Assembly (NCBI GenBank): GCA_964106915.2
Contig: OZ066918.1
Length of the DNA: 61,911 nt
Strand: one strand, 5' to 3'
DNA from: Podarcis gaigeae
Taxonomy: Eukaryota
The notes under the pieces are model-generated. The model did no database searches. It saw only the letters and a program-made list of their open reading frames with translations, and had not been told where the DNA came from. Numbering within the stretch: the stretch's first letter is position 1; the number at the start of each line of letters is the position of its first letter. Positions 26,195 to 39,895 of the stretch are shown piece after piece. A program made the position numbers and the translations under genes.

Positions 26195-26195
<1 letters not shown>

Positions 26196-26230
<35 letters not shown>
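26196..26230. repeat. (CA)n microsatellite
   Basis: direct reading. Confidence 0.95.
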
Positions 26231-26232
<2 letters not shown>

Positions 26233-28281
26233 AATAAACTAGGAGACATACATTGAAATTGTTTACCACATACATAGTGAGGAGTAGATGTTTGCACACA
26301 TTGATTGAACAGAAGCTCCTGCAAAGATCCATCATCGATTCCCAGTGACTTAGCTCCACTGACAGCACCGTTTGCATGCTGTGCAGTGGAGAGATGAACT
26401 AATCACTCAGTTGAGCTGGGCTAGCAGATAGTGGGAAATATTATTCAAATGTCTCAGAGAATTAGAAACCTCATTTTGATTCTCCAGCCCTTGCCTTTTA
26501 ACACACTCTCTCCCAGCTTCTTAAACTTAAACCAAAAGCAGGCCAAGGTCTCTTCCCCTTGCAAAATTGTATAGGAGATGAATGTAGATGTTTTGGTGGC
26601 AGTAAATGCTTTAATGCCAGCCTGAAACTGTCCAGCATGGAAGTGTGACAAGCTACTTTCCACTAGTTCCAGTAAATCCAGTCGAATCCTTTAACTATGT
26701 GTATTTAGAGCTGTGGATTATGACTCACAGGTAGGACGCAGGGAAATTCTGGGTGGATCACACAATGATATGGCCCTCCATTTCCTGGGGATTTTATGAT
26801 GGGGGGCAGATTCATCTAAATTCCTGGGTGCCAGATCCTTCCCATAATTCCTGGATTTAGTAAAGTTAGAATTAGGTTTCTTTAAACTTTGACAAACATG
26901 GAACCCCGTCTGGATTTTGTTCAGCTAAGAAGCCAAGCCAGCTTGGCAAAGCTAGCTGTATGGGCCATTAGTGGGAAACCATCAGCAGGTAAAACTGCCA
27001 GGCAAGGAGGAGTGGGGCTCCTTCTTTGCTGGCTGCCAGTGGGCAGAGGCAAAGGCCAGGTTCAGGGTTTCCGCTTTGATATGACATAGGCTGGGGCGAG
27101 GTCCTTGGAATCAGTTAGCCGTGAGCTGAGATTGACAGGCTGTAACAAAGAGACATAGATGATGGCTTTTTTGTTGTCCTTTGAATCCAGTGCTGGGTTC
27201 GAGGGTTTTTTTCCTTTATCCTGCTGCAAAATTGGGATGATCATCAGTTAGGTTTTCTGCAGATTGATGCTTGTTCTAATCCAGCAGTAAGCAGAAGGTT
27301 TGGGTCCCTGACATCACGGGACAAACCAAAATGTGGATGGGCCCTAACCCATGATTATCCAAAGTCCAAGACACACTACAGCCTGGCAAAATCACTCAAG
27401 GAGGGTACAAAGCATGACTGGTGAGAGCCAGGGGAGAAGCAGAGCTGTGACTGAAGGCAGCTTCACAATTTCAGAATTACACTCACACTGTGGAAGACTT
27501 AAAGGCATTTCTTTCCATGCCAAGTAATGAAGAGATCTACGACCACTTTAACTTCAGCAATGAAAAACCTGTTTATGCCACTATTGCTAAAGCAGGTTTT
27601 TAGGAAAAAACCTCTGTTTCTTTTCAGCATTTTCTGCTGTGCACTGTCATCTGAACAATGATATATTTTTGGTTGGAAGGGATCATGTATTTGGAGCGTC
27701 TAGAAAGAGAAAAGGCTGTGAAGGTTGTGAGGAACGGCTATAGCACCGAGAAGGACTGAACTGGCACAAGCTGTATCATGGCAGGGTTCCAAGGCCTAGA
27801 GGGGAATTGGGTGAGCTAGTTAGGGACCCGGTTGATGTATGATCCTAAATTGGAGAGAAGAAAGGTAAGAGTTGTGGATTATAACAAAAATTGGCTGCCA
27901 AGCAGGAGAATGGAATTAAAAGATCCTTGTCCAGTTTTTCTTTTATGCTTCACTTCGTTCTTTACAACTTAACCTGAATTTAGAGCAACACTGAGTAGCA
28001 GACCTAACCAAATTTGTAAGCATGCTTTACACCACATATGAAAGACAGAAACTTGGGACTGAGCAATGACATTTTATCAGCAATAAGCATATGAAGTATC
28101 TTGGAAGTGCTACTCTCTTCCTGCTCCGGCATCATCTTTAAACCTCCCAGAGGCCTCTTTATGGTCCCACCATCTATATGACCTGTTCAGAAGAGAACCT
28201 GTCAGACCCCTTAGTCATTAAGCAGTGACTTCTTGTGGATAAGGCACTGTGCCCAGACACATACCCCCATTTCTTTGTTCC

Positions 28282-28551
28282 CAGTGGAGGCTGGTTTATT
28301 AGGGCAAATGAGGCACGACCCACCAGTTTAATTCTGCTCTCAGTCAGTGCCCACCTGCCTGCCTTCCTACTTCCACCCAGTTTGGCGGATGGCACTGCCT
28401 GTCAGCTGTTGCTGTTCTAAAACTCAGCAGGGAGGAAGAGAGGGACAAAACTAGAAACAGTTGACTCCACCTCTCATTGGATCTCGGCCTACCTACTTTT
28501 GGCCACCCTGTATACTGCCCCACCAGTCCCAATGGGCATCAGCCACTACTG
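28282..28551. mobile_element. hAT MITE
   Basis: TIRs cagtggaggctg / cagccactactg; perfect 8-bp TSD tttgttcc (28274-81, 28552-59). Confidence 0.85.
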
Positions 28552-29771
28552 TTTGTTCCTCTGGGGTTTGTGTTGCAACTAAGCCCCTCGATATCTTTTC
28601 AGTGACATTGCTCAGTGGAGGTGGTACACTGTCTCATAAAATGCCAGTGAATGATCTTTCAGAATTACGGCTGTCTGTGAATAGCCTTTAAGCACTGTTG
28701 CCAAGCCTACATGTATCCCTAACCACATACCACAAATCGGCCTAGTTTGCACATCACAGTAAACAATGGCTTGCTGGACCACTCAAACATATAGAATCCC
28801 AGAGAGGAGCTCACAGGCAATTTGCTCCTCCCTAGATTTTTTTTACTTCCTTGCCTGCTATTCTAAGTCAAGGTTTGCCATGGTATGTTATCCCATACTA
28901 GGCTTGTGATAAAGCTCTGTCACCAAGGTTTGTTCTGTTCTCTGGGCCTATTAACTACTCCCTGGAATCGCCAGGTCAACTTCCCAAGCTACATCTCATA
29001 AGCCAGGAAGGAGGAAGTTCAAGGTCACAGAGCATAAGCAGAATTCATTCACATGTTTTCTACATGTCACCGTGCCTCTTCAAATGAAATTTATCCCAAT
29101 CTGTATTCAACGGGCCTCTATACAAGTCCAATAGGCCTGCAACAAATGTGACATTAAGGTCTCCCAGTACTAGCCATTTCTGACCAGCTCGGACTGGCAC
29201 AAGGCTAGTGGCAATTTAAAGTCACTCAACTGCTGTAAGTTGCCTTTAAAAAAAGCTTGATCTGAAGCAGCCCAGCAGAGGAAATGGTGTTTCCAAGAGA
29301 GCTATGCTTTGGAGCAATATATAGTATATTCTCCAGCATGCCTCTCAATAATGTGTAATATTATCCATAGCAGAATATTACCTTATATGCCTCATGCACA
29401 CATGCCCCCACTCTGAATTTATAAACAAAAAAGGAGATTGAAAGAAACAGACCCTAGGGAGCAATTTGAAATAATTACTTGTTGTCCACTGGACAAAATT
29501 TCTTCCTCACATGAAATGTTGTACAAGCCCTGCAGGAAATCGTGTATATTCATGAAGCACAAAGTACAGAGTACCCCTTTAAAAAGAATGTGTTGGTTAT
29601 GAGTCAGAGCTGAGGCTGCACATATGAGCATCTGTATTTCCAAATGTTTCCTCTAAGAGTTGTGGAGACATCTGGTTTCTTTGGCTGGCACCAAATCCTG
29701 TTGATGTCACCCTGGGAACACAATGTAGGTGGAATCACTTCATTCATTTGCCTGGGAGCAAGAAAGAAGTA

Positions 29772-30007
29772 CCGTATTTTTTGCTCTATAAGACTCACTT
29801 TTCCCCTCCTAAAAAGTAAGGGGAAATATGTGTGCGTCTTATGGAGCGAATGCAGGCTGTGCAGCTATCACAGAAGCTTTCACTGCGCAGCGATCCCTCT
29901 TGCTGTTCTGGCTTCTGAGATTCAGAATTTTTTTTTCCCTTGTTTTCCTCCCCCAAAAACTAGGTGCGTCTTGTGGTCTGGTGCATCTTATAGAGCAAAA
30001 AATATGA
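29772..30007. mobile_element. Tc1/mariner (Tc2-like) MITE
   Basis: TIRs ccgtattttttgctctataaga / tcttatagagcaaaaaatatga with TA on both sides; internal gtgcgtctt subrepeats. Confidence 0.85.
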
Positions 30008-30291
30008 TAAATTCATACTAGAGGGACATAGTCAAAGCTTTGGCTGGCTCTCTCGAACAAAGATGACAAATACACCCTCTCACTCATCTATACATCTCCC
30101 TGGTCCTCTCTGTTCTCATCTCCATGCACAATGCAGCTTGGCCACCTTAGTCCCCCATCATTTTGCTTCCTATTTCTTCACCAATGGCAAAGTAACATTG
30201 GCCTTAAATCAGGTAAGACTATTTGTCCATGTAGCCCTCTATTACTGTGGCCAGCAGCAGAGATACTTGTATTACCTGTTACCTGGTTATC

Positions 30292-30542
30292 TAGGGTTGC
30301 CATACGTCTGGAATTTCCCAGGCATAGCCAGTATTCAGACCGCATGAGGGCAAAAATCTCTAAAAATGTCCTGGAAAATCCAGATGTATGGCAACCCAAG
30401 TTGGAAGTGTAGATTTTGGTGAATTCCATTTTTAAAAGTTCAAAACCCCACTTTTTTGAGATTTTGCACACACAAAAACTCAGCAACTTTGGACAAAACT
30501 TTTTGTTTCTGGGTTTTCACTTTTTGAAATATGGCAACCCTA
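30292..30542. mobile_element. Non-autonomous DNA transposon with tagggttgccata TIRs
   Basis: tagggttgccata / tatggcaacccta; internal extra tatggcaaccc at ~30388; near-duplicated flanks ggttatct / gattatct. Confidence 0.8.
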
Positions 30543-30763
30543 GATTATCTTCTCTACCGCTAAGCTCTGGCCCCTTCCCAGCACGTAGCATTTTATCAGT
30601 GGTGGACCTTGGGTCTCAAATTTCAGCAGTGCCCTGTGCGACACCAGAATCTGGTGCCACTCTGCCTCTTGCACTCCATTCTAAATCATACTTGTGTTGG
30701 CGCCCTCAAGGCTCTGAAGCAGTCATGCTCTCCTAAAACCGCCTCTGACTTTTTGTTCCTGTA

Positions 30764-30989
30764 CAGTGGTACCTCAGGTTACAGATGCTTCAGGTTACAG
30801 ACTCTGCTAACCCAGAAATAGTACCTCGGGTTAAGAACTTTGCTTCAGGGTGAGAACAGAAATCATGCAGCAGTGGTGCAGCGGCAACAGGAGGCCCCAT
30901 TAGCTAAAGTGGTGCTTCAGGTTAAGAACAGTTTCAGGTTAAGTACGGACCTCCGGAACAAATTAAGTTCTTAACCCGAGGTACCACTG
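30764..30989 (-). mobile_element. Tigger-like MITE, copy 2 (inverted relative to 1487-1728)
   Basis: TIRs cagtggtacctc / gaggtaccactg; body is the reverse complement of copy 1. Confidence 0.9.
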
Positions 30990-33986
30990 CATATCCTGTA
31001 GGAAGTGGTTTCCATCTGACCTGTCTCAGCAACGCTTCGCACATACATCAGAAACCAAGGGAAGAAGATCAGCAAGGGCCAACAGGAATAGCGATAGACT
31101 TAGAAAGATGAGTAAGTGTGAAAGTAAGAATCCACGTTTAGATTTGGATGGTGGGTGAATAGCATTGCACTCAAGTGGATATTTCCTCATGCAGGTGCCT
31201 GCATATACAACAAGGTAAAACTGCACAAAAGCCGATTCCAACTGCCTCCAACATCATTAGAGGAATATCTAGTGAGAACCTTATTCTCTGTTAAATTGTT
31301 CAATAATAGCCTAACAGCCCTTCTTCCCTACCAGGAAAAAATGACATGCTTAGATCCAGCTGTTGCTTTGGTTGTTAACATTATCCGTCATTTTATGCTG
31401 GAGAGAGACGTGGTAGCAAGCCGAGGGCGTTCCTTCACATCTGTTAACTAATTTTTTTACCAGGATGCAGAATAAACAATTCCAGAACAATGAACAGCAA
31501 AAAGGACTCCAGCAGGTTGCCAGCCTTATCCTAACCTTTCTCACTTCTTCATTCTGCCTTTCAGAACAACGTAATTATTAAGGACTGACAATGTGGCTTT
31601 TTTATGGGAGCTGGTGCTGTGTGCATCAGAGTGTTGCATTTTTAATTATTATAATGTTAAATGGTTTTAATTGCTGACACTCTGCTGATTCCAGGGCACT
31701 TTTGTAACATTTATTGGGGAGGATAAAGGCCAAAGTTTATTTATTTTTACAATCTATAATAAATCAGGACCCTGAAACAACAGCAATTGGCTTGATGTTC
31801 TGAGAAGTGATTGTGTTATACACAAACTGCATATTATTCCTGCTCTGTAAGTGATGTGAAAAGCAGAACTGAAGTCCTGCACAAAAATGTGATCATCTTG
31901 CTTAATAACAACAGATGCTCAGAGCAGTGGCATTTTGAAAAGAGCTCTGTAGGCTACTAGTTATTAAATGGCAGGACATTTGGCATCCTCTAGCATTATA
32001 GCATTTGAAAAACCATAGAGTCACATCAGCAGGCAAGGAGACAGCAAGAGAGAAATTTAACCCCTCTATGCTCTGCACTGCAAAATTCACTCCATTCAAA
32101 GCCAAACCAACACCCCACACATCAAAAACAAAACAAACTTGGAAAGACCGCCTGCTCCAGAAACAAAAGTAAACCAACAAGGCTGAAAGCTTTAATCATT
32201 TGTATGGGTAATGTGTTTGTTGGTTAACTAGCACCTCACAATTTTAATTGGTGAAGACTTACTCAGTGGGGCCTCTACTTAGAGGCACATGGATTAATTT
32301 TGAAAACTAATTTGTTTCTGGTGTGTTACTGTCACAAAATGAAAATGCAATTGTTGTAGTTGCAGCTTTTGTTCAGGGTCAACTCCAGATTTGAGGAGTT
32401 TAGTGCATCGCCATCTGATATGATGCCTCCTACATCACAAGGTCCTCCTGATTGGTATACTTAGCAGTGGTGGCAATGGCAAGAGGCAACAACACACTGA
32501 TCAGCACTGGGCAGCTGAATCTTGGGAGCTGCCATTTTGATTCCTCATTCTGCCCTAGAGTGATGCTATAAGATTCTATTCAGCACTAGAAAAATAACAA
32601 CAACAGCAATTAATAACATTTTAAGGGCCGAACAGGCATCAGAGATGCTGATAATGCGCCAATTTTTATTAATTAAACAGTAGGATCTCTTCTGCTTCAT
32701 CTAGTATCTTAAAAACATTTTTATGGAATATGCAACTTTATTAAAATGTAACTGAATATTCGATTTAAAAAGTAAGTTGCTTGGTAATAGCCTTGATCCC
32801 CTACAGTTGGTGGAAGGAATGTGGAAGCTGACAAAAAAAAATGGAGGGGAAGGAAACTGCTACCTGTTACTTTTTAGAAAAGACTTTGTATAACATTCAA
32901 AAAGAGGTAGTCTCTGATATGATTAACATGCATTCACGTCTGTATCATATAGTTACGTGTGTGTCAGTTGTGCTAATTATAATCATCTGTATCATTTGTA
33001 TTATGGATGCAAGTTCTGCCCCACCCCCACCAATTCACATGCGATTGAGGACTGTGATCATTTTTGCTTTCATGGCATTATCTATGGGATCACTACTCCG
33101 CATCACATCAGCTCATCCGCATAATATTTCCTCCAGCGCCTTTCTTTTACCATTGCTTTTTGTCATGGATGTGCACATTAGAAAAAAAGTTACAGAAAAG
33201 GTGATGTGCATGAACAGAAACTAAGTGACAAGTGTTAATAATTCAGATGCTTTCATGTTTTTATTTTTATCAAAGTTGAGCCAAGTGGCCAATTAGTTTG
33301 CAAATTCATCCAAGCAGGAGCTGTTTGGATTCCGCTCCGCTCCTCCTCTATCTCTCTAGCGTGATTTGTCTCCTTTAATGTATCTGGTGCTCTCACATTC
33401 CTTCCCCCCCAAACCACCCCACAACATCCTTTGTTAAATTCAACGAAGGATTTATTCTGTTTTTGAGACTTTTTATGGCTCTTTAATAAAATCTTAAGGC
33501 TAAGGAGTTATAATGGAAGTGCTTACACACCCTTAGTGATGGCATTGCAAATGGTGCCGCCATAATTAAGGGAGTATTGTTGTTTGTTTTATGCTAATCT
33601 GCCTTCAGTGTGACAGACTGTCACCTTCATGGGGGGTAACTTTCAGCTCTATATTAGCCCATATGGCACAAGATGACTTGTAGCTAAGCTAGGGCCTAAT
33701 TATGAATGAGTTAATAAAACCAAGCAATGTCAGTCTGGCCTTTTCTTCTGGTGTTCTGCCGACACCCCCCCCCCCCAAGTGAGTTCTTTCCTTTCTTGCT
33801 CTCTTAAAATTATTTTCAGGTTTGTTTCTGAGTGTCACTGTGCAGCTTTATGCCTAAAACTCTTTAATCCCATTCCCCTCCCCTTATTGTACCAATTTAA
33901 ACATCAGATCTACACTATTAATACATCCTTTGCCATTCTTCTGGGTGGTAGTTTAATCTGCAGATCTCTTGACTCGCCACTTGCAT

Positions 33987-34056
33987 CGGGGTGGAGAACC
34001 TGAGACCCAGGGGCCAAATCCGGCCTCTCTGTCTGCTCCTTGGGACTGCTCCCAGG

Positions 34057-34090
<34 letters not shown>

Positions 34091-34737
34091 CATACCCTCT
34101 CATTCCAGTGGTGGGAGGCACCAGCTTGGAAACCCCCAAGGGAAGAAAACTTAGAGCCATGGAATTGGTGGTGGGATGACAACAAGTGGTCAGAGGGAGA
34201 AGGAGAAGACCGGGAGGAGGAGGCATCGGAAGCTGAAGAGATAGTTTAGTGAGCAGGAAGAGTCTGTGGCAGTCCAGAAGCAGTGGCAGAAGCAGAGACT
34301 GGAGAGGACAGGAGCCAAGAGGCAGAGATAAGTTAGGCTGCTGTAGAAGCTGTGGCCAGCTCCCCTCCCCACTGGTTTCCCAGAACCAGAAGAGGTATGA
34401 AGAGGCAGGAGCAAAGTTAGACAAGGCAACAGAATGTCAGATTCCTTGGGAACGACTTGTGGGAGGAGGAGACTTAGGCAACTGTGAAGAGGCAGGTGCC
34501 TTTAGTCCCCACAACTGCCTCAAAGGGACAAGATCTACTAGGAACAGTTGCTGTGGTCACTAGGACTGGCCTCCTGAGCATACCTTGAATAAAGACCTAC
34601 TTCTGACACCCACTCCTGTCATCCACACACTTTTGCCTCTGGCCCTACCCAACCCTGATGAGAGGGCCTCTGAAGGTAATTACCAGAAAGTAACGCAGTC
34701 CTTGAACAAACAAACAAAAGGGAGGTCCCCACTCCTG
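33987..34737. mobile_element. hAT MITE interrupted by a ~500-bp LTR-like insert and a (CA)n tract
   Basis: Ends cggggtggagaacc / ggtccccactcctg; both ends resemble 53075-53431; the middle (~34100-34610) is unrelated purine-rich sequence ending aataaagacctacttctgaca. Confidence 0.55.
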
Positions 34738-37700
34738 GCATACATGAATCTGAACTGGCACCTGAACAATTGATCATAGTTGTATACTTATATGGATGGG
34801 AAAGCCCCTTCAGCTCACAAAAGGTTTTTTGTTAATTTAATTAGTCTTCGAGTGGGGGTTCAAAGGCACAGAAGGTCCACAGGGGAGGTGCAGGAAATAA
34901 AGGAGCCAAGGGACTTTGTTCATGGTTAGGAGAAAAGAGAGAAGATGAGGAAGGGAGAAGAGCTACAGAAAACTAAATATGTTTCAAAGTGAAGTTTACT
35001 TAAATTTATTTGTGTGTATCATCTTTTTGAACAAATATGGGGGTTTTAGCCTTATACACACCTAATATGGGAATAAATCACACTCATCACAAGAAACGTC
35101 ATTCTGAGTAAATGCAAGCAGGATTGTATTGAATGTCAGATGTTGGAGAATTCTGTCAGAAACGGAAATGGGAACCACAATTCACATGTTCATCTGGAAA
35201 TCACGCAAGTGAATATGAACAATAGTCTGCAAGCATTATATAAAAAATTAAGTTATTTTCTGCATTGCTTTTGATGTTACCCTTCCATTGAAATGCACTA
35301 AAATTCATTATGTAATTATGTTCATTTCAGCCAAGGCTAATGGTGAGACAAATAATGTAGACTTAAGTGGCAACTGAACTGTACCAAACAGAAACAGCGT
35401 TGATTGTGAAAAACACAGGGCAGAAATCGCTGCTGCCTTGTGGCGAGCCTCTGAGATGATAGCAAAAACCAGTTACAAGAAGTAGAAAGGAATGGTTTAT
35501 ATAATTTGGCAAAAAGAATGCAACCAATTGAGATATATAGCCAATGTAATAGAAAGATCAAAACGGCTGAGAAAAATATAGAACCCTTTAGTGCAAAACA
35601 CTTCCCCACATACAGAAACACATTGATTCCATTAGTATGGAAAAGGAAAGTTGCTGTCGCTAAGATGTGAGAGCAAAAGGGTGATTTCTAGTTAAACTAA
35701 CTAATGGAACAAGCAAGTGAGGGTCAACATGCTTGTAAGGAGGCATTAAATTACTTAAGAGAATTAAAGTTTGGAGAAAATTGAGTTTAAGTAAGGAATC
35801 TGCCGGTTTCATAGAAACATCAGATTAGACAAGTAAATTAGTTGATACTGCCACTAAATCAGTCCCTGTGCCGGCAGAAAGCAAAGGTCTGACAAAGGTG
35901 CAGAGCTAAATACTACCAGGAACATTTTGTTGTGATGCTCAAATCTATCTTGTTCAGGTACAAGCATTAAACCAGACAAAGCATATCCCTGTGCTACATA
36001 TCTGCAGAGGCAGATATGAGAGTCTCTCTCTCTCATTTGCGTGTGTGTTTGTGTGTGTGGCCCAGAGGCAGTATATGGAGCTTTGCTTGGTAATCCTAAA
36101 AGCTGATTAAATATATTTTTCCATCAGTTGTAATGGTTAAGTTTCTATATGTTCATATTTTGGAAATAATATATATTTTTAAACCAGTCATTCATGAAAA
36201 CAGTTTTCAATCAAATCTTTCTTCACTTTAGTGATTTATTTAATTATTACTTTTAAGAAACAAAGTTATAAATGGTGATGCCCTATATATGTCTACTCAA
36301 AAGAAAGACCCATTGTGTTCAGTGTTGCTTACTTTCAGATAAATGGATTTAGGACTGCAAATGGAGGCAACTATCTTTTGCCCACCAACTCATTTTTGTT
36401 CTGTTCTAGGTAGCTACATCAGCTCCTTCCAGCAGCCTACGTTTATCTCTGCTGCCTCCAAGACAACAAAAGAAATTGAATATTATCACCCATAGGGATA
36501 AATCAGATCTTTGTATTCTTTAGCACATCAGTACTAGAAGCTGTCACAAAGAGTTCTGGATCACTCAAAGCAAGTTGAAGGTGCTTAATGCCTCTTAAGA
36601 TACCAGGGTCAAACCTGGTAATAAGAACTAGGTATATCTATTTCAATAAAGATTATGCCACTCGTAATAAATAAATAAATATATGTCGAAGGGATGAAAA
36701 TCAGTGGCTTTAGACTGACAAGATCAGCAGCCTCCTACTAACAATCAGGGCTTTTCAAACATTGTTAAGCAATTACAAGAGGGAAATAGCATGTGGCTGC
36801 TTTCCTTTGCCACCATTATTGCTACACTACACACAAACAGCACAATCCACTGGGAAATTCTCCTACGCAATAAAAAGGACTTAGAGAAGAGAGGAACAAA
36901 ACAGGTCATCCACTAATTGGTCCACACACAGTTATGCTGTAGGAACTCCACACAAAACCACCCAACTCCTCAAATTTCTTTCAGGCTTTAAATTAGTGAT
37001 GGGAGAACCCACCCACTCACCCTCGGGGCTCGATATGGAATTGGTCTCAGTAAAAACAAGTAATTTCCTCCAAACGCTGGGAAATGGCTAGTTTTTTTCC
37101 TGAATTCTGAATTCAGAAGCCTAGTTGCACTACTGATTCCTAATTCAGAAATACTGTAGTACAACTTCCTTACGAGGCCCTCTTCTCCTGAATTACACTT
37201 CTGTTTCTTTCTCTTTCCTAGTTATTTTCCTCAGTATCACCTTGTGTTTTGAGGAGGATCTAAATATCAGGCCATTTAATGACACACAGTGTTCACATAT
37301 CCAGTTATTGATTGCCAGTTTTTAGACCATTTTCTCACAGTCTCCTGTAGTGAACTGAGAGTGGAGTACAGCTGATAACATGTGCCCTTTTCTTAAGCCT
37401 AGGCACCAAAACGCCAAGGAGATAATAGTCTTTGGCAATGTTTCTATTACTCTGTTTCCTGTAAAGTGTCAGTGATGAGTAGCAAACAGTCAAAGCAGAA
37501 CACTTTGGTTCTCTAATTCAAAATAAAACCTAATTCTTTTGTTCAGTCACATTGTTTATCACTTCTTCTTTTCTTTTGTTTTGCAATGTGCTGTGGATTT
37601 TTAAAAAATGCTCTTTAAAAATATTCTGGGTACACTGTTTCAACATAGCAAAGTTTGGAGCTGCAACTATTTTTTCAACCTCGAGGAAATTGGTTTGAGG

Positions 37701-37775
37701 CCATGACAAGCATCTACTATATATTTCAGAAAGTTGTTTCACCCCCTACATTGCCTTCTGGCTGCATTTGAGTGT

Positions 37776-38293
37776 TGTTGTTGTTGTTGTTGTTGTTGTT
37801 TAGTTGTTTAGTCGTTTAGTCGTGTCCGACTCTTTGTGACCCCATGGACCAGAGCACGCCAGGCACTCCTGTCTTCCACTGCCTCCCGCAGTTTAGTCAA
37901 ACTCATGCTGGTAGCTTCAAGAACACTGTCCAACCATCTCGTTCTCTGTTGTCCCGACATCAGGGTCTTTTCCAGGGAGTTTTCTCTTCTCATGAGGTGG
38001 CCAAAGTATTGGAGCCTCAGCTTCAGGATCTGTCCTTCCAGTGAGCACTCAGGGCTGATTTCCTTCTGAATGGATAGCTTTGATCTTCTTGCAGTCCATG
38101 GGACTCTCAAGAGTCTCCTCCAGCACCATAATTCAAAAGCATCAATTCTTCGGCGATCAGCCTTCTTTTTGGTCCAGCTCTCACTTCCATACATCACTAC
38201 TACGAAAACCATAGCTTTAACTATACGAACCTTTGTTGGCAAGGTGATGTCTCTGCTTTTCTCCCAAGAAGCAGACGTCTTTTAATTTCCTGA
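37776..38293 (-). mobile_element. Bov-B (RTE clade) LINE, 5'-truncated 3' end with (CAA)n tail
   Basis: ORF 37808-38242 (PTKVRIVKAMVF..VMYGSESW..RRRIDAFELWCWRRLLRVPWTARRS..LQYFGHLMRR..AWRALVHGVTKSRTRLND) is the Bov-B ORF C-terminus; flanking duplication ctgcat(t/c)tgagtgt at 37762-75 and 38294-307. Confidence 0.96.
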
Positions 38294-39701
38294 CTGCATC
38301 TGAGTGTAGAGGCAAAATACCCTTCCTACTAGTGCAAAGATATTTGATTTTTTGCATTGCCGTGTGTGTCACCAGTTCTTTTGCCCCTCTACTTTTGTGA
38401 AGGTTGGTTTAACAGCCTCAAAGGTAAGAAGCTTCACATATAAATGATAGAAGAAGACTTCTGTGTAACACAGAAACTTGCATTGAATCTTTAAGCTTCT
38501 TGCTGATCAATTATAAATAAGTAAATATCCCACCCTTTCTAAGACTGTCTTCTTCTTTTCAAAAGCTGAAGTCAGGCGACAGTCATGAGGAAAAGAAAGA
38601 AGGCCTTAAAATAACTGAGGAAAACATAAAAGTTATATGATTTCTCTGCTTTGGTCTGACCTGTTCAGTGAATCTCAAAGTTATGGACAAAATGGCAAGT
38701 ATAATTGATCGGCCTTGATTATTTCAGATATTTTCAGTTGATTCCTTCTGGGACATGTGAGTCGTCCACCTGTCACGGTTTCCTTGATATCAAGACACGG
38801 TAAGTTATATATAATGGAGCATAACCTTGGCTTGAGGTAGGTGAAGTCAGACACAATGTAGAATAAATATATCTAGACAGTAATATAGCATCATGTTCCT
38901 TGGCAGCGCAAGGAATTGTGATATTATTTATATAAACTAAGCATTTCCTTTTACAGAGAACAATTCATTCACTCGATATCCCACAGCTGGATACTGTAAA
39001 AGTATTCTGTTTTTTAGCTAATAGCAACTTGTTGCTTGACCTTTCCTCCCTGTATGTTTAAAAAGCTACTTTAACATAGCACAGCTCACAAAAAATAAAT
39101 CCCTGTAGATACAAGCACAGACATGATTCTTTGTGGATTGCTAGCTCTACAGCATTGGTACCCTATTGCCAAGGTAGACAGCTGGGGGAAAGTCCTGTCT
39201 ATCCATTCAGGTGATACCATCTGGCCCAGTGCACCTACTGGATCAAAAGAAGTTGCCAGTTTATGCTTTTCAATGCTTGCATGCCTTCAAGGCAAACCAA
39301 AGGAACCCTAACCACTCTACCCCACTCCTTTTTTGTAGAGATGGGGAAGAAATGTGTTCAGTCTGCAATTTAATACAAATTTACATACTTCCCGAACTTA
39401 TGCACGAACGGAAGCACATCTCTCCTTAAAAATTCAAACTTCTCTGAACTTTGTAATACAGATCTGCAACCAAAGAAGGTGTAAGGAAATGTTCTATTCT
39501 GGTCTGGCACTCTAATACGCTTTCTAAGAGCTAAATAAAATATTAAAAAGCAGAGATTCATGAAACAGTAGGGCATTGCTGTCACAGAAAGTATCCTATT
39601 TGGGCCCTTAAAAAAAGAAAAGAAAAAAGGCTAGCTAAGTGTTGGTGCTTTGGCAAATATTCCATTTTGAAAAGGTATTTGTCTCTAGGTGCTCCTACTA
39701 G

Positions 39702-39895
39702 CATAGGAGCCAGCTCCTAGGGGCCAAGAGGTCTTTAGCCACCCAATAAAATATGTGAGGGACCAGCACCCCCCCCCCCCCAAGTTGATGGGAATTGCCA
39801 TTAAAATGGTGTGCATGCAGCGCGTAATTTGACTGGTTATGCAGGGCGGGGCCTACCTACCCCCTACCAATATTTTATTCAAGTTGGCATGCCTG
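39702..39895. mobile_element. hAT MITE
   Basis: Imperfect TIRs cataggagccagct / agttggcatgcctg; 8-bp TSD cctactag / ccaactag (7/8 match). Confidence 0.75.
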
